A DNA stretch of 64,000 nucleotides from an uncultured Eubacteriales bacterium. Its GTDB lineage: Bacteria > Acidobacteriota > Aminicenantia > Aminicenantales > Aminicenantaceae. Positions 46,522-56,976 of the stretch are shown here, in pieces. The position numbers and the translations under genes were made by a program. Location of the stretch: positions 84,714 through 148,713 of the forward strand of contig CAYWDH010000001.1 of the NCBI GenBank assembly GCA_964456985.1, written 5' to 3'. A model generated the notes under the pieces. The model searched no databases and was not told the DNA's origin. It saw nothing but the letters and a program-made list of their open reading frames with translations. Numbering within the stretch: the first letter of the stretch is position 1; every line of letters begins with the position of its first letter.

Positions 46522-47417
46522 TGAGCCAACAAGCTCATATCCCTGTTCTTCTTGAGGAAACCTTATCTCTTCTGGACACACAAAGGGAAGGAGTTTACCT
46601 GGACTGCACTATCGGACTGGGAGGACATTCAATCGAAATCCTGAGACGCAACAAAAAATCCCACGTCATAGGATTTGATATAGATGAGAAAGCCCTTATG
46701 GAAGCTAAGAAAAATCTCAAACCGTTCGCAGACAGAGTCACCCTGTACCACTCGGACTTTAGATATATTCCTGAATTAAAAATAAGCTTCTCATCTATCC
46801 GGGGGGTCTTGCTTGACCTGGGTCTCTCATCTTTTCAGCTTGATGACCCGAAAAGGGGATTCAGCTATCAGAAAAAAGGCCCTCTGGACATGCGTATGGA
46901 CCTCCGCAACAAAACCACAGCCGCGAAAATCATCAACAAAAGTTCCGAGAACAAATTGGCCCAGATATTCTGGGAATACGGAGAGCTGAGGCAGGCTAAA
47001 ATCCTAGCCAAGGAAATATATTCACGGAGAAAACAAGAGGAAATCAAAACGACCCCACAGCTTCTTAAAATAACAGAGGAGATATGCCGGTGGAGACCTC
47101 AAAAAGGAAAAACTCATCCGGCAGCCAGGGTTTTCCAGGCTCTGCGTATCGAAGTCAACCAGGAACTCAAAGACCTTGATACTTTTCTGGAAAAAATAAT
47201 AAGACTCAGTCCAAAAAACACCAGGATAGCTGTTATTTCATTTCATTCTCTGGAAGACAGGATCGTCAAACAGACCTTTAAAGAACTGGCTTCATCCAAA
47301 CAAGAACGCCCTTTTATAACCATATTGACCAAAAAACCCGTTACTCCCTCCAAAAAAGAGATCGAGGTAAATTTTAGAGCCAGGTCTGCAAAACTGAGGG
47401 TTTCAAGGAATATATGA
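46518..47417 (+). CDS. rsmH: 16S rRNA m4C1402 methyltransferase
   Basis: HIPVLL, DCTIGLGGHS, DLGLSSFQLD, FHSLEDRIVK, RARSAKLR. Confidence 0.97.
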   Translation: MMSQQAHIPVLLEETLSLLDTQREGVYLDCTIGLGGHSIEILRRNKKSHVIGFDIDEKALMEAKKNLKPFADRVTLYHSDFRYIPELKISFSSIRGVLLDLGLSSFQLDDPKRGFSYQKKGPLDMRMDLRNKTTAAKIINKSSENKLAQIFWEYGELRQAKILAKEIYSRRKQEEIKTTPQLLKITEEICRWRPQKGKTHPAARVFQALRIEVNQELKDLDTFLEKIIRLSPKNTRIAVISFHSLEDRIVKQTFKELASSKQERPFITILTKKPVTPSKKEIEVNFRARSAKLRVSRNI

Positions 47418-47719
47418 TGGTAAAGAAGAAATTCAAAAGAAACACGATCATCCGCGCTGTCCTGTTTGCATTCATGACCATACTCATTCTGACCTTCTAT
47501 ATCTGGCGTCAGGCAGAATCTGTAAAAATGGGCTATACAACACGAGACCTTGAGGAAAAAGTCACTAGACTTCAAAAAGAAGTCGAAACCCTTGAAGCAG
47601 AAAAGACCGCCCTTCTTTCCCTTGAAATAGTAGAAAAGACGGCAAAACAAAAACTGGGTCTTAAAGAACCTGAAGAAAAACAATTGATATATGAGGATTT
47701 CAGAGATCCGGGCAATTGA
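47414..47719 (+). CDS. ftsL: Cell division protein FtsL
   Basis: Single TM plus coiled coil, AKQKLGL; between rsmH and ftsI. Confidence 0.85.
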   Translation: MMVKKKFKRNTIIRAVLFAFMTILILTFYIWRQAESVKMGYTTRDLEEKVTRLQKEVETLEAEKTALLSLEIVEKTAKQKLGLKEPEEKQLIYEDFRDPGN

Positions 47720-47724
47720 TTTAA

Positions 47725-49476
47725 ATGAGTGCAGATATTTCAAAAAAAACGAGAAGAAGAACCATATGTATGGTCTTTCTCTTTGTTCTCTGGACAGCAG
47801 CCATAGGTTTCCGGCTGGTTCAGCTGCAGGTCATACAGCACAGCGAATTAAAGAACCAGGTGGAAAGACAAAATCGAAACCAAGACGACATCATTCCACA
47901 CAGAGGGACTATTTTTGACAGGAACGGAAACAGACTGGCCTGCAGTGTGCCCAGACCATTAGTTATTTATTCAACAGTCGAAGATGAGCCTCTGGACGTA
48001 CAGTACAGCCGAATAAACAAGCTGAGAAGGATTCTGGGCCTATCAGCGGAAAAAGCCAGAAGCATAAAATCACAGATAAAAGACAATGACCCCTGGATCT
48101 TTATAAAACATAAAATCGAACCGGAAGAGGAAAATATTCTAAAACAAATGGATCTGAAAGGCGTGCACATGCGCGAAGAGAGCAAGCGCTTTTATCCCTA
48201 CAGAGATCTCGCTTCCCATGTTATCGGCAGAGTCGATTTTTACGAAAATGGAATAAACGGCGCCGAACTGCAGTACAACACCCTTTTAAGAGGGGAAAAA
48301 GGGATCATGATGAACTATAAGGACGCGCGAAGAAAGGAATACAGCTTTCGTATCCTCAAGCAAAGCAAGCCGGGAAAAGACCTTGTCCTCAGCATTGATG
48401 AGACCATTCAGTATATTGCTGCGGAAAATCTCGAAAAAGCTGTTAAGGAAGCCCAAGCTTCCTGGGGAGTGATCATTGTTTCCCATCCTCCCACAGGAGA
48501 AATACTGGCCATGTCCAGCTTCCCAGAGAGCGACCTCAACGGGCGTTTGATTGACCTGAGCACTCTTTTTTCAAACAAAGCCATCCACCATGTTTTTGAC
48601 CCGGGCTCCACTTTCAAGGTCGTCACTTTTTCTGCAGCGATCGATTCAAACAAAATCCCTTATTCGGAAACTTTTGACTGCAGCAAGGGCTCTATCAGGG
48701 TCGCTAACAAGACTTTTCATGACCACCACAGGTTTGATATTCTTTCTTTTCCTGAAGTCATTATACATTCTTCCAATGTGGGGACCATACAGATAGGACA
48801 GCTCGTTGGAGAAAAACTTCTCTATGAGAGGATCAAAGACTTTGGATTCGGAGAAAAAACAGGGATAGAGCTCCCTGCGGAGCAAAGAGGGATTCTCCAT
48901 CCTATAGACCAGTGGAGCCGCTTGTCGCTGGCTTCGCTTTCCATAGGATATGAGATCTCTGTAACCGCTTTGCAGCTTCTCAACTGCGTGAATATCATTG
49001 CCAATAACGGTGTTCAGATTCCTTTTACCATTATAAAAAAAGGAACGCATCCCGAGCTTAACGAATCAGAACAGGCCGCGGCACCTAAAAGGGTCCTATC
49101 AGAAAAAACCGCCCTTCAAATAAGAGACATGCTGAAAAGAGTAGTGACAGAGGGAACGGGGAAAACAGCCCAGGTGAATGGGTACGAAGCGGCTGGAAAA
49201 ACAGGGACAGCCCAGAAAATAAATCCTGAAACAGGCGGCTATACTTCCGGCGCGCACACTTCGGTTTTTATGGGATTTATTCCTGCGGATCATCCCGTTA
49301 TATCGATCATTGTTGTGGTCGATGACCCAAAGGGCCTCTATTACGGGAGCCAGGTTGCAGCACCGGTGTTCAGAGAAACAGCTTTAAAAGTGCTCCGCTA
49401 TATGGGGATAGCCCCGGAAGCCGGGCCTTTAAGGCCCATTATTGCGGCCCAGAGAATAGATACGGGAAAAACATGA
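47725..49476 (+). CDS. ftsI: Division transpeptidase PBP3
   Basis: RGTIFDRNG; PGSTFK, SSN, KTG. Confidence 0.93.
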   Translation: MSADISKKTRRRTICMVFLFVLWTAAIGFRLVQLQVIQHSELKNQVERQNRNQDDIIPHRGTIFDRNGNRLACSVPRPLVIYSTVEDEPLDVQYSRINKLRRILGLSAEKARSIKSQIKDNDPWIFIKHKIEPEEENILKQMDLKGVHMREESKRFYPYRDLASHVIGRVDFYENGINGAELQYNTLLRGEKGIMMNYKDARRKEYSFRILKQSKPGKDLVLSIDETIQYIAAENLEKAVKEAQASWGVIIVSHPPTGEILAMSSFPESDLNGRLIDLSTLFSNKAIHHVFDPGSTFKVVTFSAAIDSNKIPYSETFDCSKGSIRVANKTFHDHHRFDILSFPEVIIHSSNVGTIQIGQLVGEKLLYERIKDFGFGEKTGIELPAEQRGILHPIDQWSRLSLASLSIGYEISVTALQLLNCVNIIANNGVQIPFTIIKKGTHPELNESEQAAAPKRVLSEKTALQIRDMLKRVVTEGTGKTAQVNGYEAAGKTGTAQKINPETGGYTSGAHTSVFMGFIPADHPVISIIVVVDDPKGLYYGSQVAAPVFRETALKVLRYMGIAPEAGPLRPIIAAQRIDTGKT

Positions 49477-50936
49477 TACTAAAAGAACTCACTGAAAAAA
49501 TTCCGGACCTGCATATAAGCGGAAATCTTGGAGAGCGTATCACGGGGATCTCCTATTCATCCCAAAAAATAAAGCCCGGATTTTTATTCGCCGCACTCAA
49601 GGGAGAAAAACAGGATGGTTTCAATTTTATTCCCCATGCCCTTGAAAAAGGCGCTGTGGCTGTTTTGTCAGGGAGAAAACAGCCCGAAGGATTTTTAAAG
49701 ACATGGATCCGATCAGATGACGCAAGGCTTGCCCTTGCTTTGATTTCAGCAGAGTTCTTTAGCCATCCATCACGAAAAATGCAGGTCATCGGAATAACCG
49801 GCACCAAGGGAAAGACAACAGTCACCTATCTACTGGAAAAAATATTTAAAAAAAGCGGGTATTCGCCTGGAGTCATAGGAAGTATCTCTTATAGGGGGCC
49901 TGATTTTGACACACCCGCCGTAAGAACCACTCCTGAAGCTCCTGATACAAATGCCCTGATGCACAAAATGCTTGAGCAGGGCGCCACCCACTGTGTCATG
50001 GAAGTCTCTTCACATTCTATAGAAATGAAAAGAATAAACGGAATCGATTTTGATGTCACTGCTTTCACAAATCTCAGCGGAGAGCATATGGACTATCACA
50101 AATCCATTGAAAACTACTATAACGCCAAGAAAAAGCTGTTCTTATCCGCAGAGGAAAGCAAACCAGTGGTCAATTCGGATTCCATCTGGGGACAGAAGCT
50201 TATTTCAGAATTACCTAAAAAGGCTTTGAGCTTTGGCTTGAACAAAGGAGCTGATATCCATCCCAGCAAATACAATTTCAGCTCCAAAGGCATAACTGCC
50301 AGCCTTGCAACTCCTTTCGGAAGGGTGGAGATCGTCTCCCCGCTTCTCGGAAAACCCAATCTTTACAATATTCTCACAGCGGCTTCTTGTGCTCTGACTT
50401 TAGAAACTCCTATTAACGCTGTTGAAAAAGGAGTCGCTGCTCTGAAATACGTACCAGGACGATTTGAAAAAGTACCTAATAACCTGGGGCTTCATCTTTT
50501 TGTGGACTATGCGCATACGGATGACGCCCTGAAAAACCTGCTCGAGACCATAAAAGAGATCGCTCCACAGAGAATATTGCTTGTTTTTGGAGCCGGAGGA
50601 GACAGGGACAAATCAAAAAGACCCAGAATGGGGGAAACAGCAGGAAAAACAGCGGACTGGACCATTATCACTTCGGACAATCCCAGGTCTGAAGACCCTA
50701 TGGATATCATTTCGAGCATTGAAGAGGGGATCAGAAAAACAGGAAAGAACAAGTACGAAATCATCCCGGACAGAAGAGAGGCCATAGAAAAAGCTGTTTC
50801 CATGGCAAAAAAAGGAGATTATGTCCTTATAGCAGGAAAGGGACATGAAAAGACCCAGACCATAAAATACAGGATCATTCCATTTGACGATGTGGAGGTC
50901 GCCAAATCAGAGGCAAAAAAAAGAGAGGATGATTAA
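49473..50936 (+). CDS. murE: UDP-MurNAc-tripeptide synthetase (meso-DAP type)
   Basis: GITGTKGKTT, MEVSSH, DYAHT, DNPR, AGKGHE. Confidence 0.96.
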   Translation: MILKELTEKIPDLHISGNLGERITGISYSSQKIKPGFLFAALKGEKQDGFNFIPHALEKGAVAVLSGRKQPEGFLKTWIRSDDARLALALISAEFFSHPSRKMQVIGITGTKGKTTVTYLLEKIFKKSGYSPGVIGSISYRGPDFDTPAVRTTPEAPDTNALMHKMLEQGATHCVMEVSSHSIEMKRINGIDFDVTAFTNLSGEHMDYHKSIENYYNAKKKLFLSAEESKPVVNSDSIWGQKLISELPKKALSFGLNKGADIHPSKYNFSSKGITASLATPFGRVEIVSPLLGKPNLYNILTAASCALTLETPINAVEKGVAALKYVPGRFEKVPNNLGLHLFVDYAHTDDALKNLLETIKEIAPQRILLVFGAGGDRDKSKRPRMGETAGKTADWTIITSDNPRSEDPMDIISSIEEGIRKTGKNKYEIIPDRREAIEKAVSMAKKGDYVLIAGKGHEKTQTIKYRIIPFDDVEVAKSEAKKREDD

Positions 50937-52320
50937 ATTGGTTGAACTTCGGTTGGATCAGCTTGCCGAGAAGATGAACGGAAAAATCGAGCAGGGAGAC
51001 CCCTCCTCTGAATTCAGTGACTTCAGCATAGACTCCAGGGACATCAAAAAAGGAAGCCTGTTCTTTGCGCTTCAGGGCCAAAGAGACGGTCATGACTACA
51101 TTACGGACGCTGTGAAAAACGGAGCCAGGGGAGCTGTGATATCCAGAGACCTCTCTTTTATGCCTAACAACACGGCTTATATAAAAGTCGACCATACTTT
51201 AAAGGCCCTTCAAAGACTCGCGCACAGGGTTCTTATGGAGCACAAGGTGAAGGTTATCGGCATCACAGGCAGCACAGGAAAAACCACTACCAAAGAATTC
51301 ACAGCCGAGCTTCTTAAAAAGAAATACAACACCTTGAAATCCCAGGGAAACTTTAACAACCATATAGGCCTCCCTCTTTCACTTCTCAGGCTCAACAAAG
51401 ACCATGAGGCAGCTGTTCTGGAGTACGGGATGAGTCATAAAGGAGAGATCCTGACGCTGACTCGTATCGCACGGCCGGATATCGCTGTTATCTGTAATGT
51501 TTATCCCGTACATATGGAATTTTTCGAAAATATACATCAAATAGCGGATGCAAAAAAAGAAATACTGGACAGCATGAATCCGGAAGGAACAGCGGTTCTC
51601 AACGGAGACCAGCCTCTTGTACTGAGCATGATGAAATCACTTCGAAAGAAGCCGGTTCTGTTTGGTCTTACGGATAGATGCGACATGAAAGCCTGTAATA
51701 TTCATGTCCATTCCTTAGAAAAAATGTCTTTTGATCTCTTCTGTATGGGCCGCAAAGTCAGAACGTTCATACCATTCTCAAATAGAGGATACCTCTATAA
51801 CTTCCTGGCAGCCGCAGGCACGGCTTCAGTCATGTCTGTTCCCTTTGACCATATCATAAAAACAGGTCAAAAATTGAAGCCAATAACTAACAGAGGAGAG
51901 ATCCTCTATCTGGATGATAATATCAAAGTGATAAATGACTCCTATAATTCCAATCCGGCCGCCCTTGAGGAATCGCTTAAAAGCCTCTCCATTCAAAAAG
52001 GAGGAAGGAAGATTGCTGTGCTCGGAGATATGCTGGAACTAGGAGAAAGGCAAAAAGACTTCCACAAGGCTGCGGGAAAAACGGCCGCCCAAAACAGAAT
52101 CGACTTACTCATAACCGTGGGCCCTCTGGCAAAGTACATGGTCGAAGGCGCCCTGGATTCAGGAATGGCTCTCCATAACATTCATTCATTTAATGATTCT
52201 GAAGAAGCAGCCAGGGAAATACGATCCCTGCTCAAAGAAAACGACATCGTCCTGATCAAAGGATCAAGGGGAGTGAAAATTGAAAAAATAGTCAATGTTT
52301 TAAAAAAGGGAGGAAAATAA
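50929..52320 (+). CDS. murF: UDP-MurNAc-tripeptide--D-Ala-D-Ala ligase
   Basis: TGSTGKTTTKE, NNHIGLPL, NDSYNSNP, LGDMLELG, KGSRG. Confidence 0.96.
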   Translation: MIKLVELRLDQLAEKMNGKIEQGDPSSEFSDFSIDSRDIKKGSLFFALQGQRDGHDYITDAVKNGARGAVISRDLSFMPNNTAYIKVDHTLKALQRLAHRVLMEHKVKVIGITGSTGKTTTKEFTAELLKKKYNTLKSQGNFNNHIGLPLSLLRLNKDHEAAVLEYGMSHKGEILTLTRIARPDIAVICNVYPVHMEFFENIHQIADAKKEILDSMNPEGTAVLNGDQPLVLSMMKSLRKKPVLFGLTDRCDMKACNIHVHSLEKMSFDLFCMGRKVRTFIPFSNRGYLYNFLAAAGTASVMSVPFDHIIKTGQKLKPITNRGEILYLDDNIKVINDSYNSNPAALEESLKSLSIQKGGRKIAVLGDMLELGERQKDFHKAAGKTAAQNRIDLLITVGPLAKYMVEGALDSGMALHNIHSFNDSEEAAREIRSLLKENDIVLIKGSRGVKIEKIVNVLKKGGK

Positions 52321-52321
52321 A

Positions 52322-53410
52322 GTGCTTTATATGCTCCTTGTTCCGCTGAAAAAATTCTTTATATTTTTCAATGTATTCCGATATATCACGGTGAGAACAG
52401 CCCTCGCCGGAATCACCGCTCTCCTCTTTACAATGATCCTCGGGCCGTGGCTGATAAAATATCTGAGGAAACACCAGTTCGGTGAAACCATAAGAGATGA
52501 AGGGCCAAAAACGCACATATCGAAAAAAGGGAAGCCGACTATGGGAGGCATTCTGATCATTGGAGCCACAGCGGTTTCCACCCTTTTATGGGGTGATTTA
52601 AGCAACCTGTATATATGGCTGGCTTTGGCAACCATGCTTCTCTTCGGCGCTCTCGGCCTACTGGATGATTACCTACAAATCAGAAAAAACAAGCCCAAAG
52701 GACTGTTAGTAAAATACAAATTCGTCCTCCAGATAATCTTTGCCGCTGCTATTGCAGGGGTCTTCTTCTACATGGCCCTTCGGGGAGACTTCAATCTGCA
52801 TTTGACCGTCCCCTTTTTCAAGAAATGGACTCCCTATTTAGGAATACTTTATATCCCATGGATCATGCTCATAATGGTCAGCTCATCCAATGCCGTGAAT
52901 TTTGCTGACGGACTTGACGGCCTTGCCATAGGATTGATGTTAATCAGTGCGACCTCTTTTACGGCTCTCTCTTACATAGCCGGGCATGCCCTTTGGTCCC
53001 AGTACTTAAACATTCTTCCTGTTACTCAGGCTGCAGAGCTCACTGTGCTTCTCGGATCCCTTTCTGGTGCCTGCCTCGGATTTCTATGGTATAACTGTCA
53101 TCCGGCTGAAATCTTTATGGGAGACACAGGCTCCCTTTCTCTGGGAGCAACTCTAGGCGTTGTGGCCATAATGATCAAACAGGAGTTCCTGCTTTTTATG
53201 GTAGCCGGTGTATTTGTGGTGGAGGCTCTCTCCGTTGTGATACAGGTCGGCTATTTTAAACTCACAGGAGGAAAAAGAGTTTTCAAGATGGCTCCCCTGC
53301 ATCATCATTTTGAACTGATGGGATGGTCGGAGCAAAAAATTGTCGTCAGGTTCTGGATTGTGGGAATCATCTTCGCCCTTTTCAGCCTGACCACACTGAA
53401 GATCAGGTAA
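52322..53410 (+). CDS. mraY: Phospho-MurNAc-pentapeptide transferase
   Basis: PTMGG, NAVNFADGLDGL, FMGDTGS, MAPLHHHFE. Confidence 0.97.
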   Translation: MLYMLLVPLKKFFIFFNVFRYITVRTALAGITALLFTMILGPWLIKYLRKHQFGETIRDEGPKTHISKKGKPTMGGILIIGATAVSTLLWGDLSNLYIWLALATMLLFGALGLLDDYLQIRKNKPKGLLVKYKFVLQIIFAAAIAGVFFYMALRGDFNLHLTVPFFKKWTPYLGILYIPWIMLIMVSSSNAVNFADGLDGLAIGLMLISATSFTALSYIAGHALWSQYLNILPVTQAAELTVLLGSLSGACLGFLWYNCHPAEIFMGDTGSLSLGATLGVVAIMIKQEFLLFMVAGVFVVEALSVVIQVGYFKLTGGKRVFKMAPLHHHFELMGWSEQKIVVRFWIVGIIFALFSLTTLKIR

Positions 53411-53412
53411 AA

Positions 53413-54780
53413 ATGGAACTGAAAAACAAGAAAGTACTGGTTGTCGGCTTTGGGAAAACTGGAAAAGCCGTATGCGGCTTTCTTATAGGCCTGGATAAGG
53501 ATATACAAATAAGAATAAGCGAATCAAGAAAAGAACAGGATCTGAATGAAGAAGCCGCACTCTATCAGAAGAGAGGCATCCTGTTTGAAACAGGCGGCCA
53601 CACCCTCCAGTCGTTCCTGGATGCGGATCTGATCATTCCAAGCCCGGGAGTTCCTCCGATACCACAGCTCAAAGAAGCGAAACGCAGAGGAATTAAAATA
53701 ATTTCCGAGATAGAGCTCGCTTTCCCTTTTCTTAAAGGGAAAATAATCGGTATAACAGGCTCTAACGGAAAATCCACGGTAACATCGCTTGTCCACAGCC
53801 TTCTCAAAGACGGAGGATTCCAATCCAATCTGGCCGGAAACATAGGGATTCCTTTGATCAGTTTCGCGGAAAAAAGTTCGGAAAAGGATATCTTTGTGAC
53901 CGAATTATCGAGTTTTCAGCTCGAATATGCCGATTCATTCGCTCCTGACGTATCCGTAATCCTCAACATCACACCTGACCACCTGGACTGGCACGGCAGC
54001 TTTTCATCCTACATGCATGCCAAAACAAAACTTCTTAAAAACCAGAAAAAAGACCAGACATCCATACTGAACAGGGATGATCCTCAAGTCTGGCCTGCAA
54101 GAAAGCAAGGGCCTGAAAACATCTATGCTTTCAGCATGAAATCTAAAATCCGAAAAGGATGTTTTCTTCAGAAGGAATGGATCATGCTGAAAAACGAAGA
54201 AGTACAAAAAGCCATGAATACAAGGGATATTCCCCTCAAAGGAATCCATAACCAGGAAAATATCATGGCTTCCATTCTGGCAGGTCATGTGTTCGGTATT
54301 CCTCTTGATAAAATGAGAAGCACCATAATGAATTTCAAAGGGCTGGAACATAGGCTGGAAAAAGTCATGACTCTCAAAGGAGTGGATTTCTACAACGATT
54401 CAAAAGCCACAAATATTGACGCCACCTTAAAGTCGCTCATGAGTTTCGATAAAAAAATAACTTTGATCCTGGGAGGAAGAGATAAGGGAGGTGACTTCAG
54501 CCGCCTTAAAAAACAGGTCAAAAAAAGGGTAAAAAAAATCATCGTGATCGGAGAAGCCGGGGAAACCATCATGAAGGCACTCGGAAAATATGTGGAAACA
54601 GAAAAGGCGGTATCTTTGAGACAAGCTGTGGAAAGGGCTTTTGAGCTATCAAAACCCGGAGAAGTGGTGCTCCTGGCACCGGCGTGCACCAGTTTTGACA
54701 TGTTTGACAACTTTGAGCACAGGGGAAGGGTTTTTAAAGATGAAGTGAGAATTCTTTCTCTTAAAAAAGAAGGTACATAA
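53413..54780 (+). CDS. murD: UDP-MurNAc-L-Ala--D-Glu ligase
   Basis: SPGVP, GSNGKST, ELSSFQL, DHLDWH, NDSKATN. Confidence 0.96.
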   Translation: MELKNKKVLVVGFGKTGKAVCGFLIGLDKDIQIRISESRKEQDLNEEAALYQKRGILFETGGHTLQSFLDADLIIPSPGVPPIPQLKEAKRRGIKIISEIELAFPFLKGKIIGITGSNGKSTVTSLVHSLLKDGGFQSNLAGNIGIPLISFAEKSSEKDIFVTELSSFQLEYADSFAPDVSVILNITPDHLDWHGSFSSYMHAKTKLLKNQKKDQTSILNRDDPQVWPARKQGPENIYAFSMKSKIRKGCFLQKEWIMLKNEEVQKAMNTRDIPLKGIHNQENIMASILAGHVFGIPLDKMRSTIMNFKGLEHRLEKVMTLKGVDFYNDSKATNIDATLKSLMSFDKKITLILGGRDKGGDFSRLKKQVKKRVKKIIVIGEAGETIMKALGKYVETEKAVSLRQAVERAFELSKPGEVVLLAPACTSFDMFDNFEHRGRVFKDEVRILSLKKEGT

Positions 54781-55890
54781 ATGGAAGCGTTCAAGAGATT
54801 CGGATTTGATAAACCACTGTTCATCACCACCATTATTCTTGTGGCTTTCGGTCTCATAATGGTATTCAGTTCGTCTGCAGTGCAGTCCAATGAAAGATAC
54901 GGACAGCCTTTCACCTTTCTCATCAATCAGGCCATGGCCGCGGCAGCTGGTTTTATCCTGATTCTCATTATCATCTCAATGAAATCAGCCTTCTATCAAA
55001 ACACTCTCCTTATATACGGACTGCTGATCCTGACATTAGCCCTTCTGGTGCTCTGTTTCGTGATGCCGGAGGTCAACAACACAAACCGCGCCATCCATAT
55101 CTTCAGCTTCAGGTTCCAGCCTTCATCGCTTGCAAAGCTGAGTGTCATACTGTTCCTCGCTTCCTATCTCAGCCGGAAAAAAGAAAAACTTCACCAAACA
55201 AGCACCCTGATCATTCCGGCCGCCGTTCTCTTTATATTGATACTCCTGATCATCAAGGAACCTGATTACAGTACTTCGCTCTTTATCTTTATCATCGGCT
55301 CCATAATGCTTTTCATAGGGGGCATACGACTGGACAAGCTTTTACTGATCGGGCTGGCTTCCATGCTTGTATTCGTGTTTTATCTCTTCCAGGCAAACTA
55401 TAGAATAGACAGATGGAACTCCTATATCTCTCCTTCGAATGACATCCTTGGCAGCGGTTTTCATGCGTACCAGTCAAAGCTCGCCGTGGGATCGGGCGGC
55501 ATTGTCGGAGTCAGCATAGCCCAGAGCACTCAAAAACTTTTCTTTCTGCCCTGTGCCCATACGGATTATATCTATGCAATCATAGGAGAAGAACTGGGTC
55601 TTATAGGAACCGTGAGCGTGCTTCTTCTTTACGGGATCATTCTATGGAGAGGCCTGCTCATATCCAGAAGAGCGCCCAACCAATTCTGCAGCCTTCTGGC
55701 AGCAGGGCTCACTATCGCTATTTTTTCTCAAGCCCTGCTGAACATCAGTATTGTGCTCGGGCTTCTCCCTGCCACAGGCCTCACTCTTCCCTTTTTAAGC
55801 TACGGCAGGTCTTCGATGCTGTATATGATGGCCAGTATCGGGATCCTTCTTCATATTTCACAAAGGAAACAGGCATATAAGAGGAAATGA
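54781..55890 (+). CDS. ftsW: SEDS peptidoglycan polymerase FtsW
   Basis: FQPSSLAK, EPD, HTDYIYAIIGEELG, LPFLSYG. Confidence 0.94.
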   Translation: MEAFKRFGFDKPLFITTIILVAFGLIMVFSSSAVQSNERYGQPFTFLINQAMAAAAGFILILIIISMKSAFYQNTLLIYGLLILTLALLVLCFVMPEVNNTNRAIHIFSFRFQPSSLAKLSVILFLASYLSRKKEKLHQTSTLIIPAAVLFILILLIIKEPDYSTSLFIFIIGSIMLFIGGIRLDKLLLIGLASMLVFVFYLFQANYRIDRWNSYISPSNDILGSGFHAYQSKLAVGSGGIVGVSIAQSTQKLFFLPCAHTDYIYAIIGEELGLIGTVSVLLLYGIILWRGLLISRRAPNQFCSLLAAGLTIAIFSQALLNISIVLGLLPATGLTLPFLSYGRSSMLYMMASIGILLHISQRKQAYKRK

Positions 55891-56975
55891 TGGAACAAAG
55901 AGTCATAATATCCGGTGGAGGCACAGCCGGCCATCTCTATCCTGCTTTAGTGGTGGGGAAAAAGCTGCAGGCGCAGGGCATAAAAATCACTTTTGTCGGA
56001 AGCACCCGAAAGCTCGAACAATCCATAATGAAGCACTATCATGCGGATTTCATCCCGCTAAAAATAGAAGGAATCAAGGGAAAGGGCTTCCTGATCATAA
56101 AATCCCTCCTCATACTCCCTTATTCGCTTATCAAGTCACTGCTTATTATCATAAACATAAAACCGGCACTTGTTATTGGCATGGGCGGATACAGTTCAGG
56201 CCCTATCGTCCTCCTCTCATCTCTCATAGGGATCCCTTCTCTAATAATGGAACAGAACCTCCGCCCCGGATTGACCAACCGGATCCTCATTCCTTTTGCA
56301 AAGAAAGCTGTGGTGGCCTTTAGAAAATCTCTTCCGGCGTTCAAAGGCAAAGGAGAATTTCTGGGAAATCCGGTAAGGGAAGAATTCTATTCGTTGAAGC
56401 CGAAACAAAGAGAAGAACGCCTCACAATCCTTGTTTTCGGAGGGAGCCAGGGTTCTCATTTCCTGAATAAAACAATAACCATGAGTCTCCCCCTCCTGAA
56501 AGCCAGAAAAGACACGCTTAAGATCTTTCATCAAACAGGAGAAAGCGACCTGAACTGGGTCAAAAAAAATTATGAACAAAACGGCCTTGAGAACGCGGAA
56601 GTATCCGCCTTTTTCTTTAATATTTATGAATATTTCCAGAAGTCGGATTTGATTGTGTGCCGGTCCGGAGCCACCACCATAGCCGAACTTATCGCATCTC
56701 GAAAGCCTTCTCTTCTGGTCCCTTTTTCCCATTCCACGGAAAACCACCAGCTTTTGAATGCCAGGGAACTGGAAAGAATCAAGGGAGCTGAGATCATTCT
56801 TGAAAAGGATTTTACTCCGGAAAACTTTTCATTTAAAATCACTTATTTTATTGAAAATAAAGACACCCTCAACCAAATGGAGAAAAACCTGGTACGGCTG
56901 AAAAGAGAAAATCCCGCGGAAAAAATCACAGCGCTTTGTCTGGGGCTTATGGAAACGAATAAAAGGAGAACATAG
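55887..56975 (+). CDS. murG: Lipid II GlcNAc transferase
   Basis: GGGTAGH, GGYSS, EQN, GNPVR, GGSQG, RSGATT. Confidence 0.96.
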   Translation: MMEQRVIISGGGTAGHLYPALVVGKKLQAQGIKITFVGSTRKLEQSIMKHYHADFIPLKIEGIKGKGFLIIKSLLILPYSLIKSLLIIINIKPALVIGMGGYSSGPIVLLSSLIGIPSLIMEQNLRPGLTNRILIPFAKKAVVAFRKSLPAFKGKGEFLGNPVREEFYSLKPKQREERLTILVFGGSQGSHFLNKTITMSLPLLKARKDTLKIFHQTGESDLNWVKKNYEQNGLENAEVSAFFFNIYEYFQKSDLIVCRSGATTIAELIASRKPSLLVPFSHSTENHQLLNARELERIKGAEIILEKDFTPENFSFKITYFIENKDTLNQMEKNLVRLKRENPAEKITALCLGLMETNKRRT

Positions 56976-56976
56976 A